From Acidobacteriota bacterium (GTDB lineage: Bacteria > Acidobacteriota > Vicinamibacteria > Vicinamibacterales > JAFNAJ01), in assembly GCA_023384575.1 (NCBI GenBank), contig JAHDVP010000029.1, forward strand, positions 4,900-68,899: a stretch of DNA of 64,000 bases. Direction: 5' to 3'. Shown here in pieces: positions 26,967 through 36,750 of the stretch (position 1 is its first letter; the number at the start of each line of letters is the position of its first letter). A model generated the notes under the pieces. It ran no database searches and was not told the origin of the DNA. It was given only the letters and a program-made list of their open reading frames with translations. The position numbers and the translations under genes were made by a program.

Positions 26967-26980
26967 GGCACCGCCTTTGC
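26967..26980 (+). promoter_or_regulatory. sigma-54 (-24/-12) promoter upstream of fliL
   Basis: (C)GGCAC-CGCCT-TTGC(T); GG at 26967-26968 and GC at 26979-26980. Lies 59 nt upstream of the fliL ATG. Confidence 0.55.
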
Positions 26981-27038
26981 TGTCCCCTGGTGGCGAGCGT
27001 TGTCCCGTCACCCCTGACGGGGCGCGGAGCGACAGCCG

Positions 27039-27554
27039 ATGAGCGACAAGACGCCAGCGAACGCGAAGTCCTCCCCAGACCCGGCCCCCAAGAAGGGCGG
27101 CCTTCTGAAGAAACTCATTCTCCTCTTCATGGCACTGGCCATCGTCGGTGGTGGGGCGGCCGGGGGCTTCCTGTGGTGGCAGGGACAGTCGGCGCACGCC
27201 GAGGGCGCGCAGGCGCCGCCGCCGGCCGAGCCGAACGCCGTGCTGCCGCTCGAACCCTTCGTGGTGAACCTCTCCGACCAGGCGGGCTCGCGGTTCCTGC
27301 GGGTCAATCTCCGGCTGCTCCTCCTCACGCCTCGGGGGCAGCGCGACCTGAAGGCCTTGATCGAGAACGAGGTGGTGATGGCCAGGCTCAGATCGGCGCT
27401 GCTGGAGTTGCTGAGCACCAAGACGGCCGACGAGCTCGTGACCGCCGAGGGCAAAGACGAGTTGAAGCGCGAGATCGTCGCGCAGGCCGCCGGCATTCTC
27501 TCCGAGGTCGAGGTCCGCGATGTCCTCTTCTCCGAGTTCGTCGTCCAGTTCTGA
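27039..27554 (+). CDS. fliL: flagellar basal body-associated protein FliL
   Basis: Single N-terminal TM (LILLFMALAIVGGGAAGGFLWW). FliL pattern PLEPFVVNLSD...RFLRVNLRLLL...DVLFSEFVVQF. Confidence 0.88.
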   Translation: MSDKTPANAKSSPDPAPKKGGLLKKLILLFMALAIVGGGAAGGFLWWQGQSAHAEGAQAPPPAEPNAVLPLEPFVVNLSDQAGSRFLRVNLRLLLLTPRGQRDLKALIENEVVMARLRSALLELLSTKTADELVTAEGKDELKREIVAQAAGILSEVEVRDVLFSEFVVQF

Positions 27555-27843
27555 CGTGTCGGCGGTGTCGGGCGACTCGCTGGAGACTCCCGCATTCTCG
27601 CCGTTTGCCGACGTGCGGTGCCCGATCAGTGTGGTACTCGGCACCGGCACGGTCACGGTGAGGCAGTGCCTCGGGCTGAGGCGAGCGAGCGTCCTGCGTC
27701 TCGATCAGTCGGCCGGCGAGGACCTCAGCCTCCAGGTCGGCGGCGTGGTCATCGCGCGGGGCGAGATCGTCATTGTCGAGGACAGCACGGCTCTCCGCCT
27801 GACGGAGATCGCCCCGGGGCCGATCGGCGAGGAGCGCGCGTGA
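27520..27843 (+). CDS. fliN: short FliN-type switch protein (SpoA domain only)
   Basis: 107 aa. SpoA-like core ISVVLGTGTVTVRQCLGLRRASVLRLDQSAGEDLSLQVGGVVIARGEIVIVEDSTALRLTEI. The start is uncertain: ATG 27520 overlaps fliL by 35 nt, and GTG 27556 is an alternative. Confidence 0.75.
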   Translation: MSSSPSSSSSSDVSAVSGDSLETPAFSPFADVRCPISVVLGTGTVTVRQCLGLRRASVLRLDQSAGEDLSLQVGGVVIARGEIVIVEDSTALRLTEIAPGPIGEERA

Positions 27844-28208
27844 TGTGGCTCGCGCAGGTCGTGGCGACCGAGCCGGTGCCCTGGCCTCCTCAAGGGGGAG
27901 GACTGTGGCGCAGCGTGGTCGCGCTGCTCGTGGTGTTCGGCCTGCTGGCGCTGTTCGTCTGGCTGATGCGCCGCGGGACGTTCGGCCTGCCGGCGGCGAA
28001 GCGCCGGCCGGCCGACGTCCGAATCGAGTCGGCCGTCTCGCTCGGCGAGCGCCGTTCGCTTGCGATCGTCAACGTCGAAGGGCGGCGACTGCTGCTCGGT
28101 CTGTCGTCGATGCAGGTCACCCTGTTGACGGAACTCGGCCCTTCGGCCGATGGCTTCGCGCGGACGCTCGACGCCGAGGTAAGCAAGGCGCGTGGAGGGC
28201 AGCCGTGA
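27843..28208 (+). CDS. fliO: flagellar biosynthesis protein FliO
   Basis: Internal ATG overlapping the fliN stop. Single TM (VVALLVVFGLLALFVWLM). The stretch LGERRSLAIVNVEGRRLLLGLSSMQVTLL is typical of FliO. Position before fliP. Confidence 0.75.
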   Translation: MWLAQVVATEPVPWPPQGGGLWRSVVALLVVFGLLALFVWLMRRGTFGLPAAKRRPADVRIESAVSLGERRSLAIVNVEGRRLLLGLSSMQVTLLTELGPSADGFARTLDAEVSKARGGQP

Positions 28209-28951
28209 CACGCGCCGCCAGGAGGGCCGCGCTCGTCGCGGTCCTCATCGCGATCGCGGGCGTCGCGCCGGTTGCCGCGCAGACCCCGCCGGCTCTCGAC
28301 CTGAACGTCGAGGGTGTGGGCACGGTGTCGGCGCCCCTTCAGATCGTCCTGCTGCTCACCCTCCTGTCGTTCGTCCCGGCCATGCTCATCACGATGACCT
28401 CGTTCACCCGAATCGTCATCGTGTTCCACTTCTTGAGGCAGGCGCTCGGGACGATGGAGGCGCCGTCGAACCAGGTCCTGATCGGGCTGTCGCTCTTCCT
28501 GACGTTCTTCATCATGGCGCCGGTCGGCGAGCGCATCAACGCCGACGCACTGCAGCCGGCTCTCGACGGGCAAATCACCGTGACCGAGGCGCTGACGCGG
28601 GCGACGCCGCCCCTGCGCGAGTTCATGCTGCGACAGACGCGCGAGACCGATCTCGCGCTCTTCGTCGAGATCGGCCGCATCGAGCGGCCGGAGTCCCCCG
28701 ACGACCTGCCCATGCGCGTCGTCATTCCCGCCTTCGTCATCTCGGAGTTGAAGACCGGGTTCCAGATGGGCTTCTTCCTGTTCCTGCCGTTCCTGCTCAT
28801 CGACCTCGTCGTCTCGACGACGCTGCTGTCGATGGGCATGATGATGCTGCCGCCCGCGATGATCTCGCTGCCGTTCAAGATCATGCTCTTCGTGATGATC
28901 GACGGCTGGAACCTCGTGGTCGGCTCGGTCGTACGCAGCTTCGTGTTCTAG
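28205..28951 (+). CDS. fliP: flagellar export apparatus protein FliP
   Basis: GTG overlapping the fliO stop. Highly conserved LLLTLLSFVPAMLITMTSFTRIVIVFHFLRQALG...PAFVISELKTGFQMGFFLFLPFLLIDLVV. Confidence 0.93.
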   Translation: MTRAARRAALVAVLIAIAGVAPVAAQTPPALDLNVEGVGTVSAPLQIVLLLTLLSFVPAMLITMTSFTRIVIVFHFLRQALGTMEAPSNQVLIGLSLFLTFFIMAPVGERINADALQPALDGQITVTEALTRATPPLREFMLRQTRETDLALFVEIGRIERPESPDDLPMRVVIPAFVISELKTGFQMGFFLFLPFLLIDLVVSTTLLSMGMMMLPPAMISLPFKIMLFVMIDGWNLVVGSVVRSFVF

Positions 28952-28961
28952 CGAGACGGTC

Positions 28962-29231
28962 ATGTCAGAAACCCTCATCGTCGGCATCATGCGGCAGTCG
29001 ATCGAGCTGGCCGTGATGGTGAGCCTGCCCATGCTCCTGGCCGGCCTGGCGGCGGGCGTGCTCGTGAGCATCTTCCAGACGGTGACGTCGATCCAGGACA
29101 ACGTCCTGGCCTTCATCCCCCGGGCGGCCGCGATCTTCATCGTGTTCGCGCTGACCTTCCCGTGGATGCTGCGCCTCGTGGTCGGCTTCACGCGCGGCCT
29201 CTTCGCCCGGCTGCCGGAGCTGATCCGGTGA
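28962..29231 (+). CDS. fliQ: flagellar export apparatus protein FliQ
   Basis: 89 aa, two TM helices; LAGLAAGVLVSIFQTVTSIQDNVLAFIPR. Confidence 0.92.
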   Translation: MSETLIVGIMRQSIELAVMVSLPMLLAGLAAGVLVSIFQTVTSIQDNVLAFIPRAAAIFIVFALTFPWMLRLVVGFTRGLFARLPELIR

Positions 29232-29986
29232 TCGAGTTCGCGCCCGTGACGCGCCTGGGCCTGTTGCTCGTTCGGCCGGGGTTCCTGGTGATGGCGGTGC
29301 CGGCCTTCGGCTCGGGCTTTGCGCCACCGGTCGTGCGGATCGGGCTCATGGTGGCGTTGTCGCTGCTGCTCATGCCGTTTGTCGCGCTCCCCGACCAGCT
29401 GCCACCCGCCGGGCTGGCCGTGGTCGTCGCGCGCGAGGCGATCATCGGCCTCTCGCTGGCGATGGCCGTCCGCGTCTTGATCGCGGCGACCGAACTCGCG
29501 GGCAATGCCATGGGCTTCAACATGGGCTTCTTCCTCGCCGCCGTCGTCGACCCGCAGAGCGGCGTCCAGAACAAGGTGCTCTCGGCCGCGTACGCGACGT
29601 TCGCCCTGGTGGTGTTCTTCGCCATCGACGGACACCACGCGGTGCTGCGGGCGCTGGCGGCGTCGTACGACATCCTGCCCGTGGGGATTGGCCGGATCGA
29701 TGGGCCCATCGCGGCGATCGTCGGGCGCCTGCTCGGTGTCGTCTTCCTGCTCGGCGTGCAGCTGGCGGCGCCCGTGCTCGTGGTGCTGTTCGTCGTGGAG
29801 CTGGCGCTCGGGCTGATGTCGCGTCTCGCCCCTCAAATGAACCTGATGATGCTCGGCATGCCGCTGCGGGTGGCCATCGGCCTGACCGTGATGGCGTCGA
29901 CCCTGCATCTCGTGCCGCGCCTGCTCGCCTCGACGCTGGGGACGACGCTCGAGCTGAGCGAGCGGCTCGCGCGCGCGTTCCAGTAG
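29228..29986 (+). CDS. fliR: flagellar export apparatus protein FliR
   Basis: GTG overlapping the fliQ stop (GTGA). Polytopic membrane protein; conserved gene order. Confidence 0.88.
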   Translation: MIEFAPVTRLGLLLVRPGFLVMAVPAFGSGFAPPVVRIGLMVALSLLLMPFVALPDQLPPAGLAVVVAREAIIGLSLAMAVRVLIAATELAGNAMGFNMGFFLAAVVDPQSGVQNKVLSAAYATFALVVFFAIDGHHAVLRALAASYDILPVGIGRIDGPIAAIVGRLLGVVFLLGVQLAAPVLVVLFVVELALGLMSRLAPQMNLMMLGMPLRVAIGLTVMASTLHLVPRLLASTLGTTLELSERLARAFQ

Positions 29987-29992
29987 ACGGCC

Positions 29993-31057
29993 ATGGCGCA
30001 GGACCGTACCGAGCAACCCACCGCGCGACGGCTGCGGGACGCCCGCAAGAAGGGGCAGCTCGCCCGCAGCCGGGAGGTGGTCGGCGCCGCCCAGCTCGCC
30101 GCGGTGCTGGTCGTCCTGGTGTGGGCGGGTCGGTACCTCGTCGAAGGCCTCGGGCAGGAAATCGTCGCCGGAATCGAGCGCATGGGCCAGTCGCCCCTGC
30201 GAACGCTGTCGCCCGGCGACCTCGTCGGCTTCGCGGTCTCCGGCGCGAAGGCCATCGGACTCTACGCGGGGCCCGTGGCCGTGGCGTCGGCCGTGGCGGT
30301 CGTCGCGGCGTCGGTGGCCCAGGGCGGGTGGAACGTCGCCTCGGAGGCGCTGACGCTCAACTGGAGCAACCTCAGCCCCATGAAGGGGCTCGGCAAGCTG
30401 AAGCTCACCCACTCGGGCCCGCTGCTCGCCAAGATCCTGCTCGGCCTCACGGCCCTGGTCTGGCTCTCGAGCGGGGTCCTCGTCGACCTCGCCGAGGCGG
30501 CCCCCTGGATGCTCAGGCTCCCGGCGATCCGGACCGTGGCGTTCGGGTGGGACGAATCGCTGCGGCTCGTCAAGCTCGCCCTGGTGGTGCTGGTCGCGAT
30601 TGCCGCCGCCGACTACGGCGTGACCCGGTGGCAGCACCAGAAGTCGCTGAAAATGACCAAGCAGGAGGTCAAAGACGACCTCAAGCTCACCGAGGGCAAT
30701 CCCGAGATCAAGGCGCGGATCCGGCGGGCGCAGCGCGACGCGGCCCGGCGCCGCATGATGGCCGACGTGCCGAAGGCGACCGTCGTCATCACCAACCCGA
30801 CCCACTACGCCGTCGCGCTCGAGTACCGACGCGAGACGATGGTCGCGCCCAGGGTCGTCGCGAAGGGCCGCAACCTGATCGCCGCGAAGATCCGCGAGAT
30901 CGCTCGCGCACACGACGTGCCCATCGTCGAGAACGTGCCGCTCGCGCAGTCGCTGTACAAGGCGACCGAGGTTGGCGAGACCATTCCGGGCGAGCTCTTC
31001 GGCGCGGTGGCCGAAGTACTCGCGTACCTGATTCGACTGAAGCAGTTCGCGCGCTGA
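29993..31057 (+). CDS. flhB: flagellar export switch protein FlhB
   Basis: N-terminal DRTEQPTARRLRDARKKGQLARSRE; autocleavage motif NPTHYAVAL; C-terminal PLAQSLY. Confidence 0.93.
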   Translation: MAQDRTEQPTARRLRDARKKGQLARSREVVGAAQLAAVLVVLVWAGRYLVEGLGQEIVAGIERMGQSPLRTLSPGDLVGFAVSGAKAIGLYAGPVAVASAVAVVAASVAQGGWNVASEALTLNWSNLSPMKGLGKLKLTHSGPLLAKILLGLTALVWLSSGVLVDLAEAAPWMLRLPAIRTVAFGWDESLRLVKLALVVLVAIAAADYGVTRWQHQKSLKMTKQEVKDDLKLTEGNPEIKARIRRAQRDAARRRMMADVPKATVVITNPTHYAVALEYRRETMVAPRVVAKGRNLIAAKIREIARAHDVPIVENVPLAQSLYKATEVGETIPGELFGAVAEVLAYLIRLKQFAR

Positions 31058-31075
31058 CGCAACGGATGCCGTGCC

Positions 31076-33112
31076 ATGCATGACGCGACCTCGAAGTTCG
31101 GCTTCGCCTCCCTCCTGATGCCGATGGGCGTCGTGGCGGTCGTCGGGCTGATGATCATCCCGCTGCCCCCCTTGCTGCTCGACCTGCTGCTGTCGATCGA
31201 CATCGGGCTCTCGGTCGTGCTGCTGCTCACGGCGGTCTATATCAAGGAGCCGATCGAGTTCTCGGTCTTCCCGTCGCTGCTCCTGCTGTTGACGCTCTTC
31301 CGGCTGGCCCTCAACGTCGCCGGCACGCGCCTGATCCTGCTGCACGGCGGCGAGGGCATCGATGCCGCGGGCCACGTGATCATGTCGTTCGGGCAGTTCG
31401 TCGTCGGCGGCAACTTCGTCATCGGCGTCGTCATCTTCCTGATCCTCATCGCCATCCAGTACGTCGTCATCAACCACGGCGCGGTCCGCATCTCGGAGGT
31501 GACGGCGCGCTTCACCCTCGATGCGCTGCCGGGCAAGCAGATGTCGATCGACGCCGACTTGAACGCCGGCCTGATCGACGAGCAGCAGGCGAGGACGCGG
31601 CGCGAGCGGATCCGCCGCGAGGCCGATTTCTACGGGGCCATGGACGGCGCCATCCGCTTCACGCAGCGCGACGCCGTCGCCGCCCTGCTCATCACCGTCG
31701 TCAACATCGTCGCCGGACTGATCATCGGTGTCCTCCAGCACGGGCTCGACCTCGCGACGGCCGCCCGCACCTATACGCTGCTGACGGTGGGCGAGGGGCT
31801 CGTCACGGCCATCCCGGCGCTGCTCGTGTCGATGTCCGGGGGCCTCATCACGACGCGGGCCGCATCCGAAGCTCACCTCGGCGACGAGGTCGCCTCGCAG
31901 CTGCTCTCGCGCTCGAAGCCGCTTGCCGTCGGCGCCGGGGTGCTCTTCGCCCTCGCCTTGATCCCCGGCCTGCCGAAGCTGTCGTTCTTCGCGGTGGCCG
32001 GGGTGCTCGGCGTCGCGGCGTGGGCCAACCGGGCCGCGGTCGCGCCGGCGAGCGAGGAACTGGCGCCCGTGGCCGCGCCACCGCCCGACCCGCTCGAGGG
32101 GCTCATCACCGTCGATCCCCTCGGCATCGAGGTCGGCTACGCGCTCATCGCGCTCGTCGACGAGAAGCAGGGAGGAACGCTCCTCACCCGGATCCGGTCG
32201 ATTCGCAAGCAGATTGCCGGCGACACCGGCATGGTGGTGCCACCGGTGCACGTCGCCGACAACCTGCAGCTCGGGCCGCGCGTGTATTCGATCCTCGTGA
32301 AAGGCATCGAGGTCGCCCGCGGCGAGCTCTATCCCGAGCGCTTCCTGGCCATCAATCCGGGAACGGCCACCGTGCCCGTCGAGGGCACGGCGACCCGCGA
32401 ACCCGCCTTCGGTCTGCCGGCCTGGTGGATCCCGGCCGAGCACCGCGATCGGGCGACGGCCACCGGCTACACGGTCGTCGACCCGACGACGGCGCTCTCG
32501 ACACACCTGTCCGAGGTCATCCGCGGGTTCCTGCCCGACCTGCTCGGACGCCAGCAGACGCGCGAGCTGATCGATCGCGTGGCGCAGTTCGCGCCCAAGC
32601 TCGTCGAAGAGCTCGTGCCGAAGGTGGTGTCCGTCGGTGAGGTGCAGCGCGTGCTGCGCAGCCTCCTGCGCGAGCGGGTGCCGATTCGCGACCTCGCCAC
32701 CATCCTCGAGACCATCGGAGACGTCGCCTCCGTCACGAAGGACCCCGACGTCATCACCGAGCACGTGCGCGCGTCGCTCGGGCGCGCGATCTGCCGCGTC
32801 CACCAGAACGAACAGGGCGAGCTGCCGACCATCAACTTCTCGCCGGCCCTCGAGGAGCGGCTCCTGCAGTCGATCGTGCGGACCGATCAGGGCTCGGTCC
32901 TTGCGATCGACCCGGGCGACGCCCAGGGCATGGCCACCCGGATCGCGCGGGCCCTCGAGACGGCGGTGGCACAGCCTGTGCTTCTCTGCACTCCAGCGTT
33001 GCGTCCCCACCTGTGGCGGCTCTTCACACGGGTGCTGCCCCAGGTGGGGGTGCTGTCACACAACGAGATTCCACCGCATGTGCGGGTCACGCCCATCGCG
33101 GTCCTCGAGTGA
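31076..33112 (+). CDS. flhA: flagellar export gate protein FlhA
   Basis: 678 aa. Conserved FVIGVVIFLILIAIQYVVINHGAVRISEVTARFTLDALPGKQMSIDADLNAG. Confidence 0.95.
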   Translation: MHDATSKFGFASLLMPMGVVAVVGLMIIPLPPLLLDLLLSIDIGLSVVLLLTAVYIKEPIEFSVFPSLLLLLTLFRLALNVAGTRLILLHGGEGIDAAGHVIMSFGQFVVGGNFVIGVVIFLILIAIQYVVINHGAVRISEVTARFTLDALPGKQMSIDADLNAGLIDEQQARTRRERIRREADFYGAMDGAIRFTQRDAVAALLITVVNIVAGLIIGVLQHGLDLATAARTYTLLTVGEGLVTAIPALLVSMSGGLITTRAASEAHLGDEVASQLLSRSKPLAVGAGVLFALALIPGLPKLSFFAVAGVLGVAAWANRAAVAPASEELAPVAAPPPDPLEGLITVDPLGIEVGYALIALVDEKQGGTLLTRIRSIRKQIAGDTGMVVPPVHVADNLQLGPRVYSILVKGIEVARGELYPERFLAINPGTATVPVEGTATREPAFGLPAWWIPAEHRDRATATGYTVVDPTTALSTHLSEVIRGFLPDLLGRQQTRELIDRVAQFAPKLVEELVPKVVSVGEVQRVLRSLLRERVPIRDLATILETIGDVASVTKDPDVITEHVRASLGRAICRVHQNEQGELPTINFSPALEERLLQSIVRTDQGSVLAIDPGDAQGMATRIARALETAVAQPVLLCTPALRPHLWRLFTRVLPQVGVLSHNEIPPHVRVTPIAVLE

Positions 33113-33114
33113 CC

Positions 33115-34170
33115 ATGCATCTCAAGCGATATCAGAGCGGAAGCGTCAGGGACGCCCTGGCCCGTGCCCGCGCCGACCTCGGTCCCGGGGCCCTGGTGCT
33201 CTCAACCCGGCTCGTCGCCGCGCCCGGGCTCGCCGGGTGGGTCGGCCGGCGGGTGGTCGAGGTGACCGCCGCCATCGATCGGGGGGTGTCGGAAAACCGA
33301 CCCCCTGACGGTCCCGTCGCCGAGCCGTCCCCCGACCCCGCCCCGGTGGCGGCTCGAGGCTCGTCCTGGTCGTTGTGGCGGCGCGCCGACGCTCAGGAGT
33401 GTACCGAGGCCGTCGTGGCCCGTCTCTGCGCCACGGGCCTGCACCGCTCGTTGGCCGAGGACGTGGCCGGACGCCTGCCGCGCCGCCAGCGGCGCGACGT
33501 GCCGGTGAGCGTCCTGCGTCAGGCGCTCGCCGACCAGCTGTCGCAGTGGGCCGCCGGCGATGAGGAACACGCAAGCGTCGAGGTGTTCGTGGGGCCCCCT
33601 GGGGCCGGCAAGACCACGACGGTGGCGAAGATCGCCGCCCAGGAACGAGCCCGGCACGGTGCGAGGCTCGGGCTCGTCGCGGCCGACGGATTCCGCGTCG
33701 GCGCGGTGGAGCAGCTGCGTCTGTACGCCGACATCATCGGCTCTCCGTTCGTCATCGCGCGAAGCGCCAGCGAACTGGGCGATGCGCTGGAGACGTGCCG
33801 GGGCACGTGGCTGGTCGATACCGCCGGCCGGTCGCCCGGCGACGACCAGGCAGCGGCCCTGTTCGACGTGATCGCTGGAGCCGCAGGCGTGCGGACGCAC
33901 CTCGTCCTCCCGGCGAGCCTGCCCGTGCGTGCGGCCGAGCGCGTGCTGTCGCAATTCGAGGCCGCGCGCCCGAGCCGCGTCGTGCTCACAAGGGCCGACG
34001 AGGTCGAGACGCTTGCCCCGCTCGTCGATCTCTGTCGCGAGCGCGACCTGCCCATTTCGTATCTCGGTACCGGCCAGCGTGTGCCCGAGGACCTGGCGCG
34101 TGCCACGGCGGCGACGCTCGCCCTGCACCTGCTGGGCGAACCCGCGGCGGCCAACGGAGCGCAGGCATGA
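33115..34170 (+). CDS. flhF: flagellar placement GTPase FlhF (SRP-type)
   Basis: Internal ATG of ORF 33013..34170. GPPGAGKTTTVAKIA, DTAGRSP, LTRADE motifs. Confidence 0.88.
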   Translation: MHLKRYQSGSVRDALARARADLGPGALVLSTRLVAAPGLAGWVGRRVVEVTAAIDRGVSENRPPDGPVAEPSPDPAPVAARGSSWSLWRRADAQECTEAVVARLCATGLHRSLAEDVAGRLPRRQRRDVPVSVLRQALADQLSQWAAGDEEHASVEVFVGPPGAGKTTTVAKIAAQERARHGARLGLVAADGFRVGAVEQLRLYADIIGSPFVIARSASELGDALETCRGTWLVDTAGRSPGDDQAAALFDVIAGAAGVRTHLVLPASLPVRAAERVLSQFEAARPSRVVLTRADEVETLAPLVDLCRERDLPISYLGTGQRVPEDLARATAATLALHLLGEPAAANGAQA

Positions 34171-35030
34171 ACACCAGCAAGGACGACGCCGGCGGGCGCC
34201 GTGGCGTGGTCACGGTCGCCGTCACCAGCGGGAAGGGTGGTGTCGGCAAGACCAACGTCGTGGTGAACCTGGCCGTGGCGCTGGCCAGGCTGCGCAACCG
34301 CGTGGCGATCCTCGATGCGGACTTCGGCCTGGGCAACGTCGACGTCCTGCTCGGGCTCACGCCGGCGCACCACCTGGGCCATCTGCTCGTCGGCCAGAAG
34401 GCGATGGAGGACATCGTCGTCGAGGGGCCGCTTGGCATCCGCGTGGTGCCGGCGAGCTCGGGGTTGCGTGAGCTGACGGCCCTGACCCCGGCTCAGTGGC
34501 AGCGGCTGCGCGAGGGCATCGACTCGCTCGCCGCGTCGCTCGATTTCCTGCTGATCGACACGGGCGCCGGCATCTCGAGCAACGTCGTGGACCTGCTGGC
34601 CGGGTCGGAGCGCGTTCTCGTCGTGACCTCGCTCGAGCCGACGGCCGTCGTCGATGCCTACGCCATGATCAAGGTCGTGACCTCGTTTGACGCGGCCAAG
34701 GAGATTGGCGTTCTCATCAACGGGGCGCGCGACGCGGCCGAGGCCGACCTGGTCTATCGCCAGCTCGAGGTCGCGGCCACCCGCTTCCTGCACCGGCGGC
34801 TCAAGTCGTATGGCTTCGTCGCACAGGACCCGGCCCTGCGCGATGCGGTGCTCCGGCAGCGGGCGCTGGTCGACATCGATCCGCAGGCTCCTGCCAGCCG
34901 CTGCTTCAAGATCCTCGCCTCGCGCGTGGCCAGCCTGGCGCCGCTCGGCGGCCCAGGGCTGCGCCTCGTGCCACGACTCGAACGGGCGGGCGGACGCCTG
35001 ACCGGCGTGGAGGCCCCGCAGTGCGCATGA
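34167..35030 (+). CDS. flhG: MinD/ParA-type ATPase FlhG (FleN)
   Basis: ATGA overlap with flhF. Deviant Walker A SGKGGVGKTNVVVNLA; ILDADFGLGNVDVLLGL. Confidence 0.88.
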   Translation: MNTSKDDAGGRRGVVTVAVTSGKGGVGKTNVVVNLAVALARLRNRVAILDADFGLGNVDVLLGLTPAHHLGHLLVGQKAMEDIVVEGPLGIRVVPASSGLRELTALTPAQWQRLREGIDSLAASLDFLLIDTGAGISSNVVDLLAGSERVLVVTSLEPTAVVDAYAMIKVVTSFDAAKEIGVLINGARDAAEADLVYRQLEVAATRFLHRRLKSYGFVAQDPALRDAVLRQRALVDIDPQAPASRCFKILASRVASLAPLGGPGLRLVPRLERAGGRLTGVEAPQCA

Positions 35031-35767
35031 CGACCCCGGCTCCGACTCTCGCGGATCGCGACCAACTGGTCATCGCCCACGTCGGTCTCGTCAAGGCGCT
35101 CGCTCACCGGCTGGCGCAGCGCCTGCCGTCGCAGGTCGAACTGAACGACCTGATCAGCGTCGGTGTGCTCGGTCTCATCGATGCGGCCGGACGATACCGT
35201 CCGTCGATGGGGGTGCCGTTTGACGCGTTCGCCCGTCGCCGCGTGCAGGGGGCGATGCTCGACGCCCTGCGCGATCTCGACTGGGCGCCGCGGTCGCTGC
35301 GCCGGATGCGTCGCGATCTCGACGCGACCGTCGCCCGGCTGCGTCACGACCTCGCCCGCGAGCCCGACGAGGACGAGATCGCCGGCGCCATGTCGCTGTC
35401 GTCGGAGGAATACGCGAAGATGCTCGACCAGGTCCGCTCGCTCGAGGTCGGGGCCATCCGGCAGCTCGACGCCACCGGCGAGGACGGCACACCGCTGATC
35501 GAAGTGGTCGTCGATCCCGAGCACGGGCCAGAGGCCCAGCTCGAGCGGACCGAGCTGCGGCGGCTGCTCGCCACCGCCATCATGGAATTGCCCGAGCGCG
35601 AGCGGCACATCCTCGCGATGTACTACGAGGAAGAGATGACCATGGCCGAAATCGGCGCGGTCATCGGCGTCTGCGAGTCGCGCGTGTCGCAGCTGCGGTC
35701 GCTCGCGCTCTCGCGCCTGCGGACGAGCATGAGGCGCCTGCTCGCCCGACCGGAGCCATCGGCATGA
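35027..35767 (+). CDS. fliA: flagellar sigma factor FliA (sigma-28)
   Basis: ATGA overlap with flhG (a GTG at 35021 is also possible). Region 2: LISVGVLGLIDAAGRY...FDAFARRRVQGAMLDALR. Region 4: ERERHILAMYYEEEMTMAEIGAVIGVCESRVSQL. Confidence 0.9.
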   Translation: MTTPAPTLADRDQLVIAHVGLVKALAHRLAQRLPSQVELNDLISVGVLGLIDAAGRYRPSMGVPFDAFARRRVQGAMLDALRDLDWAPRSLRRMRRDLDATVARLRHDLAREPDEDEIAGAMSLSSEEYAKMLDQVRSLEVGAIRQLDATGEDGTPLIEVVVDPEHGPEAQLERTELRRLLATAIMELPERERHILAMYYEEEMTMAEIGAVIGVCESRVSQLRSLALSRLRTSMRRLLARPEPSA

Positions 35768-36750
35768 GCAAGATCCTGTCGCAGGAAGAAATCGACGCCC
35801 TGCTGACCTCGGCCGTCGAGATCGAGCGGTCGACGCGGGCGGCGCCCGACGAGGCCCACGACTCGATCATCGTCTACAACTTCCGGCGTCCCGACCGGGT
35901 CTCGAAGGAGCAGATCCGGTCGCTGCACTTCCTGCACGACCGGTTCGCGCGCAACGTGTCCACCTCGATGTCGGCGTACCTGCGAGCGGTCACCGACGTC
36001 AACATCGCCTCGGTCGAGCAGTTCACGTACTCCGAGTTCCTGATGTCGCTGCCCGACCCGACCGCGTTCTACGCCGTGTCCATGAACCCGCTGGACGGGC
36101 TGCTGGCGCTCGAGCTCAATCCCAACGTCGCCTTCACGATGATCGACCGCATGCTCGGCGGGACGGGGCGGGGAGTGGTCCTCTCGCGGGCCCTGACCGA
36201 GATCGAGCAGAACGTCATCGACGCGGTCGTGAAGCTCATCGTCGACAACCTCACCGACACGTGGCACGGCATCGTCGACGTCACGTTCAAGATCAGCGGA
36301 CGCGAGACACGGCCGCAGATGCTGCAGATTGCGGCGCCGAACGAGGTCGTCGTGCTGCTCGGGTTCGACATCCGCATCGGCGACGCGCGCGGGATGCTGA
36401 ACATCTGCATCCCCGCGGCCGCGATTGAATCGGTCGGCTCGAGCTTCACGCAGAGCTGGCATCGGACGAGGCGAGAGCCCACGGCAGCCGACCGCGTGCA
36501 CCTCTACACGAACCTGGCGCGGGTGAAGCTGCCGGTCACGGCATCGCTCGAGACCACACTCGCGGCCAGGGAGCTGATCGAGCTGCGGGCCGGCGACGTG
36601 CTGTCCCTGGGCCGGCCCGTGCGGCAGTCGCTCGACGTCCGCGTCCGGGGCAGCGTCAAGTTCCGCGGCCGGCTCGTGCGCGACGGGCTTCGCGCGGGTG
36701 TGCGCATCGATCAGGCCGACGGCGGAGCCGTCGGCCACGAGGCAACGTAG
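35764..36750 (+). CDS. fliM: flagellar motor switch protein FliM
   Basis: ATGA overlap with fliA. N-terminal CheY-P binding-like LSQEEIDALL; YNFRRPDRVSKEQIRSLHFLHDRFARN. Confidence 0.92.
   Translation: MSKILSQEEIDALLTSAVEIERSTRAAPDEAHDSIIVYNFRRPDRVSKEQIRSLHFLHDRFARNVSTSMSAYLRAVTDVNIASVEQFTYSEFLMSLPDPTAFYAVSMNPLDGLLALELNPNVAFTMIDRMLGGTGRGVVLSRALTEIEQNVIDAVVKLIVDNLTDTWHGIVDVTFKISGRETRPQMLQIAAPNEVVVLLGFDIRIGDARGMLNICIPAAAIESVGSSFTQSWHRTRREPTAADRVHLYTNLARVKLPVTASLETTLAARELIELRAGDVLSLGRPVRQSLDVRVRGSVKFRGRLVRDGLRAGVRIDQADGGAVGHEAT

Noticed and set aside
27890-33010. 1706-aa ORF on the minus strand, the largest ORF in the track
   Set aside because: It is antisense to fliO-fliP-fliQ-fliR-flhB-flhA, all of which have unmistakable conserved motifs on the plus strand. 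The translation is R/G/D/E/H/P-rich low complexity without motifs. It is a typical stop-codon-poor antisense frame in very GC-rich DNA.
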